Part shown: positions 46,391 through 54,569 of the stretch, in pieces
How the letters are laid out: every line of letters begins with the position of its first letter
Position numbering within the stretch: the stretch's first letter is position 1
IMG/VR virus record: IMGVR_UViG_2029527005_000013
Direction: 5' to 3' (one strand)
DNA from: a virus
Length of the DNA stretch: 59,146 bases
Program-made: the position numbers and the translations under genes
Notes under the pieces: generated by a model
The model's database searches: none
What the model was told of the DNA's origin: nothing
The model's input: only the letters and a program-made list of their open reading frames with translations

Positions 46391-46590
46391 TTGATGATTA
46401 CGAAGAGTACCCGCAGTACGGCTACACGCAGAAAGAACTGCGGTTCCTGTACGTAGACGAAGGGGCAAGGATGCTCAGTGACGACAACGGTGAATACATC
46501 ATCCGGGCAGACGGCCCGATTAACCCGCTTCGCCCTGATTTGTCTGGATTCTGGCTCTTTAAACTGGAGTACAAAAATGCTGATTACTGA
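46387..46590 (+). CDS. Hypothetical protein
   Basis: ATGA coupling. Confidence 0.5.
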   Translation: MIDDYEEYPQYGYTQKELRFLYVDEGARMLSDDNGEYIIRADGPINPLRPDLSGFWLFKLEYKNADY

Positions 46591-46744
46591 GGTTGCACCG
46601 CCGTCCCGGCGTGAACTGTTTAATGATTACTTCGAGGAGCACACGGGCTGGGACCCGTCTGAGTATCCGAACAAAGGCTACGTCGAGGATTTGTGGGACT
46701 TCTTCGAGAAAGGTTGGGAAGAAGCGCAGAGGACGTTCGAATGA
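46577..46744 (+). CDS. Hypothetical protein
   Basis: GGAG RBS. Confidence 0.5.
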   Translation: MLITEVAPPSRRELFNDYFEEHTGWDPSEYPNKGYVEDLWDFFEKGWEEAQRTFE

Positions 46745-47058
46745 CCAGGGTAAGACCTCAGCGAATCGCCCACAGATGGTCCCCGGTGTTGGCAGATGCC
46801 AAGGAGCGCCGTCAGGACAGGGAGTTTTCTGAGCTTGCTATGGCAGAGGCCCACACCGATATGGACCGATACACCATGTTCCTGGAGGTGGCCCAATACG
46901 GTATTTGGGCGAGGACCCGAAAGACCCAGAACGCCGGGTACTACCAACTGGTCAAAGAACATACTGGGAGGTTCCACACGAGGTACGGCAAGTTTACCGA
47001 CCAGGAACTCCACAGGCTTCGCATGGCCCTCCGCTTCAACAACCTCGCCTACCTCTAA
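46741..47058 (+). CDS. Hypothetical protein, last rightward gene
   Basis: ATGA coupling, followed by a terminator. Confidence 0.55.
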   Translation: MTRVRPQRIAHRWSPVLADAKERRQDREFSELAMAEAHTDMDRYTMFLEVAQYGIWARTRKTQNAGYYQLVKEHTGRFHTRYGKFTDQELHRLRMALRFNNLAYL

Positions 47059-47060
47059 TC

Positions 47061-47082
47061 AGCCGCCTCCGGGCGGCTTTTT
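47061..47082 (+). terminator. Rho-independent terminator ending the rightward block
   Basis: AGCCGCC-TCCG-GGCGGCTTTTT. Confidence 0.85.
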
Positions 47083-47169
47083 GTTATGTTCGCTCCACAA
47101 TATTGACTGCCTAAAGAGTCCCACTTGAGCCTTGCCTGAAGTGGCGAACCTGTTCATAACTCCCTCCGC

Positions 47170-47178
47170 TTATCCACA
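47170..47178 (+). promoter_or_regulatory. DnaA box (perfect TTATCCACA)
   Basis: Exact R1/R4 consensus in non-coding DNA; near-matches at about 47190 and 47240. Confidence 0.4.
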
Positions 47179-47506
47179 GTACGACATCCCTTTCCACAGT
47201 TTAAAGTCTAACCTATACCTTCACCCAGAGTGAATCTTTTTCCCCACACAGGTAAACCAGACAGCCTATGAGGCGACCCTGTTAGTAACTCCACGGGTTT
47301 CTTGCCCACGATACAGCCTTTGCCCTGCCGGAGGCGACCCTCTTTTTCTTCCCGAAATACCTCCCGCCAAAATTTTTGGAACGTGATCAGGGGTGGGGTG
47401 TCTTGCCCAGAAACCAGAAAAATATCCCAGCGTATGGATACTGCTGCCAGGCATGGCGAACAGGGGGAGGGAGGGGCACCTGTTATTTTCCCCAAATATC
47501 CATAAG

Positions 47507-47519
47507 AATCAATGAGTTA
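47507..47519 (+). promoter_or_regulatory. IHF consensus site
   Basis: AATCAATGAGTTA matches WATCAANNNNTTR. Confidence 0.55.
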
Positions 47520-48071
47520 GCCTTTCCGGCTCCTTGCTCTTTGCGTACAGGATCGGCCCTCCTGGGATGTGACCTTGCCCACACTTTATGATGAATGATC
47601 CATAACTTTACACTTCCACCATTGACAACCTGCCCCCGGTGTGCCTCTCCCACTGATACCCATTTAACATAATACACCTTATACGCACTGACTGGAATGA
47701 TAATCATTCGCATCAGGCCAGCCGGGCCGGGGCTTGGTCCCACATGAGAATGCTTCTCGTTTACGCTTGCGAGTGAGACGCATTACCCCGTTGTTGGGAA
47801 TCATTCGCAGATGAGAACGGTTCTCGTTTGGCACAGCAAAAAGCAAAATAAAAATAAAATTGTCTTGACAAGGAGACCGTATTTTGTCTAGCAATTACAT
47901 GCTTTTCTGTACACTTTGCGAACGATAATCATTCTCGTTTGGGGACACTCCCCCTACGGGGTCGCCTCTTCAGGTGATTTTCTATGCAGATAAAACACGC
48001 CTTTATGCAGATAAGAATCATTCTCAACAACTAAAAAGTTGTTGACAATAGCGCTTTTATTACTACGTAAT

Positions 48072-48237
48072 GACCAATAGAAAACAGGTGAAAAACGGTT
48101 AGGGATAGCGTAGCGGTCATCCCTTGACCGTGGGAACGTGAGCAAAAACCGTTGCGAGTTAGCAACGGGGGTTGATCCGTTACCTGTTTTCTATTGGTCG
48201 CGCCTCCGGCGCGCCCTCCCTTGATCCGTGGGAACGT
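48072..48237. ncRNA. Candidate structured ncRNA or DNA secondary-structure element
   Basis: Perfect 18-bp inverted repeat (48072-48089/48182-48199) enclosing two hairpins; direct repeat CCCTTGA(T)CCGTGGGAACGT. Confidence 0.45.
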
Positions 48238-48270
48238 AAACCCGGCTTTTGTCAGAAGTCAATAAAAAGA

Positions 48271-48283
48271 TAAGTTATTGATT
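48271..48283 (-). promoter_or_regulatory. IHF consensus site
   Basis: AATCAATAACTTA on the minus strand. Confidence 0.55.
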
Positions 48284-48618
48284 GTAAATGAGAATCATTC
48301 TCGCATTATGCAGATAAATGAATAAATAGTGTCAAGTTATGTAAAGAAAATGGATGATTGACCGGATCGGCCTGATACACGTTTGCAGATAGAAGTCAAT
48401 AGGGGCTAAAAGCTCCTGTAAGGCCCTATGCGGGCCGCTACTCTCAACCCTGGCTAGTGGGTTAGCGCCTCGTTTATTCAATTATGCGCTTTAAAGTGAA
48501 TAAAATTAGATGTTGATTTCCACAATTGGAAGTGATAAGGGGGGATATGCTGGGGGGAGTCAGACCGATACCGGGAACGGGTAGCGCCTGCCAGGCTTGC
48601 CACGTTAGGATCTGCGGG

Positions 48619-48645
48619 CAAAGAAAAGCCCGGACTATGCCGGGC
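48619..48645 (-). terminator. Terminator ending the leftward early block
   Basis: GCCCGG-CATAGT-CCGGGC + TTTTCTTT on the minus strand. Confidence 0.8.
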
Positions 48646-48660
48646 GGTCATTTGGTTGGC

Positions 48661-48867
48661 TCACATTAGCCGGAAGTCGTCAACGGTCATTTCTAATCGG
48701 TGAATTAGGTATTCCAGGCTATCGGCATGGAATGATTCGGTGTAACCATCGTTCCCGATCTGCACAGTGGCAAGGATCAGGCCGTTTTCCTGCTCTTTGA
48801 TTTGGACGGCTAAACGGTTTGCCTTTGCATCATTCAGGACGGAGATCAAGCGGTTGGCGGTTGTCAT
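48661..48867 (-). CDS. Early hypothetical protein
   Basis: AGGAG RBS, own promoter at 48898-48925. Confidence 0.65.
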   Translation of the reverse strand: MTTANRLISVLNDAKANRLAVQIKEQENGLILATVQIGNDGYTESFHADSLEYLIHRLEMTVDDFRLM

Positions 48868-48925
48868 CTTACTGGCTCCTTTTGTGAGTGAGTAGGCATT
48901 ATAACAGATTGACCGGATAAGGCAA

Positions 48926-48965
48926 CAAAAGAAAAGAAAAGAAAAGCCCGGATTATTCCGGGCTT
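48926..48965 (-). terminator. Rho-independent terminator
   Basis: AAGCCCGG-AATAAT-CCGGGCTT + long TTTTC tract on the minus strand. Confidence 0.75.
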
Positions 48966-49210
48966 ACGCTATGCTCTGTTTGTGGGAATGAGTAGATCCG
49001 ATCTTGCCAGTCTCTCACATGATAACCTAAGTTACCGATCCATACTCCGGGCGGGCTAGTGTAGGAATCGGCGGACCAGCAAGCGGCTAAATTGTTGCCG
49101 GGGATCGGCTGTTTTTGGTAGGCGTAGATCATGCCGTCCAGGTCAACCGCTACATGATAGCAGTCATCCGGGACCGGGTATAAATTGCCGTCTATTGTGA
49201 TATGTTTCAT
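48953..49210 (-). CDS. Early hypothetical protein
   Basis: GGAG RBS; VAVD.DG.IYAY...P motif. Confidence 0.65.
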   Translation of the reverse strand: MKHITIDGNLYPVPDDCYHVAVDLDGMIYAYQKQPIPGNNLAACWSADSYTSPPGVWIGNLGYHVRDWQDRIYSFPQTEHSVSPE

Positions 49211-49213
49211 TTG

Positions 49214-49450
49214 TTAGGCTCCATATAACCCATCATGATCGAAAGTTTCAGGATGAGGAAAAACGTTTTCCATCCCGTGAAAGTGGCTGATAGTGTGGCG
49301 CAGGTGATCCGGGTCGTTAAAATCCTTGACATCCATCAAAAATTCTTCGTCGTACAGGTCGAAAACGCGAACATAAGGCCCGGCCTTTTCTGCCTTGATT
49401 GTATTTGCTTTGTTGTCGGCAATGGTGATCACTTTTTTCATTTGGTACAC
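49214..49450 (-). CDS. Early hypothetical protein
   Basis: ORF in cassette context. Confidence 0.55.
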   Translation of the reverse strand: MYQMKKVITIADNKANTIKAEKAGPYVRVFDLYDEEFLMDVKDFNDPDHLRHTISHFHGMENVFPHPETFDHDGLYGA

Positions 49451-49486
49451 TCCACAAAGGAAAGGCCCCGGCGGGGGCCTGTTTGG

Positions 49487-49798
49487 TTAGTTGGCTGCTT
49501 TGTATTCTGCGATCCAGCGGCTGAAAGTTTTGTTTTGCTTTTCGGCGGCTTCAGCGGTTTTGTGCTGGGTTACTTCAACGTGCCAACAATCGGCCAGGGT
49601 GAACCCGGCGGCGTGGGCGGTCCAAGGATAAGCCGGATCTTTTGCTTTGTATGCTGCCAGTTTTGCCGGATCTTCGTGGAATACATACGGCTCAATCAGG
49701 GCGGCGGTGTATTTGTCGTTTTCGGTCTCGAACTTTGCCCACTCGTTATGGGAAGAAAGATATTTGTCTAACATTGCGAAAAATTTTGCTTTGGTCAT
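49487..49798 (-). CDS. Early hypothetical protein
   Basis: AGGAG RBS, own promoter. Confidence 0.65.
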   Translation of the reverse strand: MTKAKFFAMLDKYLSSHNEWAKFETENDKYTAALIEPYVFHEDPAKLAAYKAKDPAYPWTAHAAGFTLADCWHVEVTQHKTAEAAEKQNKTFSRWIAEYKAAN

Positions 49799-50186
49799 TT
49801 TACTGGCTCCTGATTTGTGGGCTTGCCCCATTGCTTGCCCTACGTGATGAATATTATGCTTTTCCCGGCGTTGCGTCTAGTCCCTTTACGTTTCTTTACA
49901 AAACTAACCAAGACGGCGATACTGTATAAATGTACATGGCTTTTAAACGCTCTGTAAGGCCCTCTAAGCGCTTTTAGGCTGAAAGTGTACCCTAACCCGT
50001 TTTAAGGGAGATCTCACTAATGAGAATTTTTCTCACCTACGTTTTGGGGCTTTTTGATAGGTAAATGCTATCATCCTGAATAGCGGGCAGGTCCGGTGGT
50101 TGTCTCCCCCTGTCCCCAGGTGCCCGCCGTCCAAAAAGAATAACAAAAAAGGGGCGAACAAGTCAACCCCTGTAAACACTGTTAAT

Positions 50187-50501
50187 TCATCCAGCATTTC
50201 GACTGTTTGCCCGTGTCCAGGCCCTGGCGATCCGGTGTCCTGTTATTCGGTGCGGTGGTTGCATTGTGCGGAGTGATTCCAGGGTGAGGCGTTGACGCTT
50301 GCGCCGTAAACTTAAAAGCGCTAACGTGTTGCCCATGTTGTAACCCTGGCCGGGGGTGTAGACCTTGCCCCCGGCGTTAAGGTTGATGATCTCATGAATT
50401 GAGATCCGGCGGCGCTTGTCTGCGGCTTGCTTAAAGATAGCCAGCGGCGGCGCGATCTGCTGCTGATACCATTCTAAAACGGTGGAGGTAAGCGCGATCA
50501 T
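50187..50501 (-). CDS. Early basic hypothetical protein
   Basis: ATGA coupling. Confidence 0.55.
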   Translation of the reverse strand: MIALTSTVLEWYQQQIAPPLAIFKQAADKRRRISIHEIINLNAGGKVYTPGQGYNMGNTLALLSLRRKRQRLTLESLRTMQPPHRITGHRIARAWTRANSRNAG

Positions 50502-50695
50502 GGTTTGGCCTCAATTGGTACGATGTAACGAAAATAAACTAGTGCGCCGTTATCCGGGCGGCGTAACTGGTACTCATTTTTCCCCGTGTTGACGTATTCC
50601 AGTTTGCAAGCGTTGCACACGTCATAGGGTGGATCGGTTGGATAGTCAAAGGCCCAGACCAGATCCCCAGGATTTAAGAAAATGGGCTTGCTCAT
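50498..50695 (-). CDS. Early hypothetical protein
   Basis: ATGA coupling. Confidence 0.55.
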   Translation of the reverse strand: MSKPIFLNPGDLVWAFDYPTDPPYDVCNACKLEYVNTGKNEYQLRRPDNGALVYFRYIVPIEAKP

Positions 50696-50886
50696 ATTTC
50701 GCCCCCTATGAAGTCGGATCGGTCGCTGTTGCTCATGCGGTCCGCTAAATCCTTCAGGGTGGCGATCCCCTCGATGGTGTCCGCCTCGAAAGATGAATCT
50801 TTGTACCCTGGGGCCTGCTCGGATCTTAAACGGTGATGATAGCGCAGGGCGGCTAACGTTTGGCGGATCTCGGATTCGGTGATCAT
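50692..50886 (-). CDS. Early hypothetical protein
   Basis: AGGAG RBS, ATGA coupling. Confidence 0.55.
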   Translation of the reverse strand: MITESEIRQTLAALRYHHRLRSEQAPGYKDSSFEADTIEGIATLKDLADRMSNSDRSDFIGGEI

Positions 50887-51059
50887 TTGGTGGCGGCTCC
50901 TGGGTGGCTCATGTTTACCCCAATGAATGGGAAGTGTGCTAAATCACACGGCTTTAAGGTCTCATGCCTTGCCCACATACCAGAACCACGGCGGAATAAT
51001 ACCCGGTTGCGGCTTATGCGGTAAAAGTTCCCGTTTTCTAAATTCTGATACCAGATCAT
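50883..51059 (-). CDS. Early hypothetical protein (58 aa)
   Basis: MIWYQNLENGNFYR...; AAGGA RBS; absent from the ORF track. Confidence 0.5.
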   Translation of the reverse strand: MIWYQNLENGNFYRISRNRVLFRRGSGMWARHETLKPCDLAHFPFIGVNMSHPGAATK

Positions 51060-51099
51060 GATTGCTTTCCTTGTTTGGCCCCTTTCGGGGCCTGCTGCC

Positions 51100-51348
51100 T
51101 TATTCGATGATGTCGATCAGGTTGATCCCGGCGGCGTATTCGACACTTTTAACAGAATCGATCCGACCATACCCGGCCCAATCTTTCCCGGCTGGGTCCC
51201 GGTAGATGTATGAGACGGCGTTCTCTTCGCAGATGTCGATCTCTACTTCCAGGATCTCGACGGTCTCGCCATCCTCGATCATTTTCATGCCTGCTTTAAG
51301 GTCACGTGCGAAAAGTTTTACAATGGAACCAATAACGGGCTTGATCAT
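51100..51348 (-). CDS. Early hypothetical protein (SH3/KOW-like)
   Basis: ARDLKAGM.....G..V.I..V pattern; GAGG RBS. Confidence 0.6.
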   Translation of the reverse strand: MIKPVIGSIVKLFARDLKAGMKMIEDGETVEILEVEIDICEENAVSYIYRDPAGKDWAGYGRIDSVKSVEYAAGINLIDIIE

Positions 51349-51434
51349 TTCGTTTTTCCTCTTTGACCGGGGAACCGCTCCCCGTCCTATGTGTGAAAGT
51401 ATAGGGCAAGGGCGGCGCGGGTGTCAATCAAAGA

Positions 51435-51734
51435 TTAGTGATCATCGTCACAATTGCAGCACGGCGCAGGCGTTAAGGTCTCTTTGATCGTGTCCTGTAT
51501 GGCGTAGATAGTTTCTAACTCCTGGCGGTGTTTCATCAAAAATTCAAAGTTGCGCTGTTTATCCTTGAATAGGTTCCCGGTGTTTTCCCCCGTTAAGCGG
51601 TCCACAAAGGCCCCTAGCAGGTTTTCGCCGTGTTCCCTTAGTGCCTTATCCCCTTTAAGCTCGATCACGCCGTGGGCGCTTTTAAGGGTGTATACAGTCA
51701 CCGCCGAAAGGCTGAATTTTTCCGCACTCATCAT
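51435..51734 (-). CDS. Early hypothetical protein
   Basis: GAGG RBS, ATGA coupling. Confidence 0.55.
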   Translation of the reverse strand: MMSAEKFSLSAVTVYTLKSAHGVIELKGDKALREHGENLLGAFVDRLTGENTGNLFKDKQRNFEFLMKHRQELETIYAIQDTIKETLTPAPCCNCDDDH

Positions 51735-52120
51735 TCCACCTCGATCAGGCCGTTTTCGTTAATGTAAATGTGTTTTTCGCCGAACTGCTCCGCCACTTTG
51801 TGCAATGCGTCACCGATAGCGCCTAAACCACGATCCCAGAATCCGACGCCGTGCCCCTGGCGGCTAAACCAAAAATCTCGGCCCGCTTGAGTGTGATCAT
51901 AATCGCCGCTCAATGTTGCCGCCTTGAGTAACAGCGGCGCAAGGTCCATAAACTGGGCGCACTCCTGGCGGCATTCTTCGCGGGCCGTGTCGGTCATCTC
52001 GACCCCGGCTAAATTGTCCACCTCTTCTCCGTCGCTGTTGGTGGCGGTCTCTGCAAAATACAGGGCCTCAAAGTAGCCCATAATGAAAGCGTTTAAGTGT
52101 TTAGCGTTGAAAGTAGTCAT
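51731..52120 (-). CDS. Conserved phage early protein
   Basis: QAG.DFW.SR.GHG.GFWDRG motif recurrent in phage hypothetical proteins. Confidence 0.75.
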   Translation of the reverse strand: MTTFNAKHLNAFIMGYFEALYFAETATNSDGEEVDNLAGVEMTDTAREECRQECAQFMDLAPLLLKAATLSGDYDHTQAGRDFWFSRQGHGVGFWDRGLGAIGDALHKVAEQFGEKHIYINENGLIEVE

Positions 52121-52283
52121 TTTATTACCATCCCAGGACGATAGAAAGTGCGGTTGCGGATACGATAGCGATAACAGTTGAAATGATTGCGATAGTGAAC
52201 ATAATTTTTACCTTTGCTTGTTTGTGTTGGCCTTTGTTGGCCCGATGAAAAGAGTATAATCATTCGGGCCGGACAATGCAACT

Positions 52284-52652
52284 TTATTTTTTAGCAATTC
52301 GTGCTATCACGTTATCTTTTGCATCGTTGATAAGGTCGCGGATCTCTTCGAAAAGGTCGCCCTTTGTGCGGCAATAGCGCCCGTCAACGTCTGCGATCCG
52401 GTCGGCGTCGTAGTCGTCAGCCATTGGATCGGCCCCTTCCGCCAATTGCAGGACGTAGGCATCAAGTTTATAGCCGTGTTTACCAGTGGCAAGCGAAAGC
52501 AAGCGGCCCGGTACAACGTCGATCACTAACTCGAACTTTTGGCACTTTGATAAAACCGTCTCAAAGGCGGTGTAGGATGGGTGCCCGTATTCGCTGATAT
52601 TGTAAAGATCTTCAGCCATTTTCTTTTTCAGGTCGGTGATGTTAAAAATCAT
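52284..52652 (-). CDS. Early hypothetical protein
   Basis: GGAG RBS downstream of promoter 52698-52727. Confidence 0.65.
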   Translation of the reverse strand: MIFNITDLKKKMAEDLYNISEYGHPSYTAFETVLSKCQKFELVIDVVPGRLLSLATGKHGYKLDAYVLQLAEGADPMADDYDADRIADVDGRYCRTKGDLFEEIRDLINDAKDNVIARIAKK

Positions 52653-52744
52653 TTTGACGGTCTCCAGTTTGTTTTGGTGTTTTGCTGCTATGGCTGTATT
52701 ATGGGGCCTAACCCGGCCCCGTGTCAATGGTAGAATTGTAAAGA

Positions 52745-52957
52745 TTACACTCCCAACGTGTAAGACGTGGAAAACGCCACGCCAACGGCTAACGGCTTGA
52801 TCTCCTCCAGGGTCCAATCTTCCCGGCGGAAAATTATTTTCCTGTACTCCTCCAGGATCTGCCAGGCTTGCGCCTCATCGGCGGCGATGATCGCCACCTC
52901 CTCAACTTCTCCCCAGGATCTCCCGCCGTCGTGTGAACCAAAAACAAAAATTTGCAT
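52745..52957 (-). CDS. Early hypothetical protein
   Basis: IIAADE.QA motif. Confidence 0.6.
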   Translation of the reverse strand: MQIFVFGSHDGGRSWGEVEEVAIIAADEAQAWQILEEYRKIIFRREDWTLEEIKPLAVGVAFSTSYTLGV

Positions 52958-52966
52958 AGTGTGCCC

Positions 52967-53185
52967 TTACTTGATCGGGTATTCGTAATTGTCGATAGCG
53001 ATCACGATTTTAACAGCGCCAAGCCCGAAAACAACCGCTAACACTCCCAGACCAGCGGACCAGGCGTAAAAGCCGATAAACAACCCGCCGAAAGCGGCAA
53101 CGGCGGCAAGCGCGGCGATCAGCATGATCATGGTTGCTGCAAAATTGGTGATAGCCAGGATGATTTTCTTTTTGGTGATTTTCAT
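52967..53185 (-). CDS. Early two-TM membrane protein
   Basis: Hydrophobic; own promoter. Confidence 0.6.
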   Translation of the reverse strand: MKITKKKIILAITNFAATMIMLIAALAAVAAFGGLFIGFYAWSAGLGVLAVVFGLGAVKIVIAIDNYEYPIK

Positions 53186-53256
53186 TTGTTCAATCTCGTT
53201 TCTGTTGGTGTGCGGGCATTATGGGGCCTAACCCGGCCCGCCGTCAACAACTATTT

Positions 53257-53514
53257 TCAATTGTGTGAAATTAAATAATCGACGCTTTGCAGGTAGTCCC
53301 GGATCTGCCTTATGCTTTCGACGTGGCGATCATGTCCTGCTTTGCCATCCTGACACGTTGCCTTTGTGACCTGGTAACGGTCAAGCAATGCCAGATACAG
53401 ATCCGGCGCGATCCGGTTGGCTATCGGTGCCGGGTGCTGCTGTAAGCCCGCCAACATGTAACACGGGGCAAATCGGCGCGATGTGTTGACGTGGTTTCTT
53501 GTATTGCGGCCCAT
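53257..53514 (-). CDS. Early hypothetical protein
   Basis: GAGGG RBS. Confidence 0.55.
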   Translation of the reverse strand: MGRNTRNHVNTSRRFAPCYMLAGLQQHPAPIANRIAPDLYLALLDRYQVTKATCQDGKAGHDRHVESIRQIRDYLQSVDYLISHN

Positions 53515-53557
53515 CTTGTAACCCTCAATTGTGGGGCCTATCCGGCCCCCGGCTGGC

Positions 53558-53719
53558 TTACTTGAACTCGTAAATAATTACGTTGTTTTCGTCGATGATT
53601 TGGGCTTTATAATAGCCACCTTTCGCCAGGCGATAAGCCGCACAAAGATCTTCAAACGTGCGGCGCGTTGCCTTTGTGCTGCTTTCGTGTTCCCATGTCA
53701 TCAGTGTAAACATTTTCAT
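53558..53719 (-). CDS. Early hypothetical protein (53 aa)
   Basis: GAGG RBS after promoter 53766-53794; absent from the ORF track. Confidence 0.55.
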   Translation of the reverse strand: MKMFTLMTWEHESSTKATRRTFEDLCAAYRLAKGGYYKAQIIDENNVIIYEFK

Positions 53720-53795
53720 AACCTCTTAGATAATGCCGGGACTCATTCCCGGCCCTATGTGAGAGATTATCGGCCCTTTCGGGCCGGGCGTCAAG

Positions 53796-53951
53796 CTAAT
53801 TTTTACCAAATCTTAAACGCTTTTTAGCCAGGGCGCGGGCGGTTGTCTTATTGTGCCCGGCCTCCTGATAATAGCGGGTTAAGCGGTCCAGCGTTTCACG
53901 GCGATCCGCCTTTGTTGGGTAGGCGGTGATTAAAAGTTTATGCGGATTCAT
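53796..53951 (-). CDS. Early basic hypothetical protein (51 aa)
   Basis: GGAGG RBS, ATGA coupling; absent from the ORF track. Confidence 0.5.
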   Translation of the reverse strand: MNPHKLLITAYPTKADRRETLDRLTRYYQEAGHNKTTARALAKKRLRFGKN

Positions 53952-54244
53952 TGCGCCACCTCCGCCGGGATCGTATCGTTGGCGATTTCTGCGATCACTT
54001 GCTGCACCATGTCACCGGGGATCGGGTCGCTGTTGCCTTGCGTGATCTGTTTGCCGTTGTACTCGGCATCATAAGACACAATGAAGTGTTTTCCGGTGCG
54101 GGTCACCTGCACTTGTAAGCGATTCGGCGCGGCGTCCTGCTCGTGGCGGAAATTGAAAATAACAGTATTGTCAAAAGTGCGGAAATTTGCCAGGATGTGA
54201 TCCGCAACTTCAGAGAGAATAAAATAAGTGTTTGCCTTTTCCAT
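53948..54244 (-). CDS. Early hypothetical protein
   Basis: GAGGG RBS, own promoter. Confidence 0.65.
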   Translation of the reverse strand: MEKANTYFILSEVADHILANFRTFDNTVIFNFRHEQDAAPNRLQVQVTRTGKHFIVSYDAEYNGKQITQGNSDPIPGDMVQQVIAEIANDTIPAEVAQ

Positions 54245-54317
54245 TGTGTAACCCTCGTTTGGTCGTTTCGTTTGGTGTGGTGGTATTGTAAGCCGGGACG
54301 GTGCCCGGCGTCAACAA

Positions 54318-54500
54318 CTATTTTGCAGCGTTGCGGGCCGGGTGTGGCTCACGGAAATAGCGGCGGATCTGTGCGGCGGTTAACCGGGCGTCAGCCTGCA
54401 ATGATTTGAGCGGATAAGGGCGGTTAGCAATGAAAGTATGTTGACCGCAACCATTGCCGATCACGATGTCTACCAGGGCGAAAAGTAAGGATGATTTCAT
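54318..54500 (-). CDS. Early hypothetical protein
   Basis: GAGG RBS, own promoter. Confidence 0.55.
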   Translation of the reverse strand: MKSSLLFALVDIVIGNGCGQHTFIANRPYPLKSLQADARLTAAQIRRYFREPHPARNAAK

Positions 54501-54569
54501 TTTGTGGCCTCGTATGCCGTTTGTTTGTGTCTGGGTATTATGGGGCCTAGCCCGGCCCCGTGTCAACTT

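Larger units (their letters stand above)
47693..48307. repeat. Cluster of Fur-box-like palindromes
   Basis: AATGATAATCATT (47696), TGAGAATGCTTCTCG (47745), TGGGAATCATTCGCA (47795), TGAGAACGGTTCTCG (47812), CGATAATCATTCTCG (47923), TAAGAATCATTCTCA (48012), TGAGAATCATTCTCG (48289). Confidence 0.7.

Noticed and set aside
47208-48145. Short ORFs listed in the large intergenic region
   Set aside because: No RBS, atypical composition, and overlap with repeats and binding motifs; treated as non-coding.
48926-48946. (GAAAA)n microsatellite or phase-variation tract
   Set aside because: It is the U-rich tail of a minus-strand terminator and the UP element of the adjacent promoter.
49920-49939. LexA (SOS) box TACTGTATAAATGTACATGG
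   Set aside because: The right half is ACAT rather than the essential ACAG; not supported without binding data.
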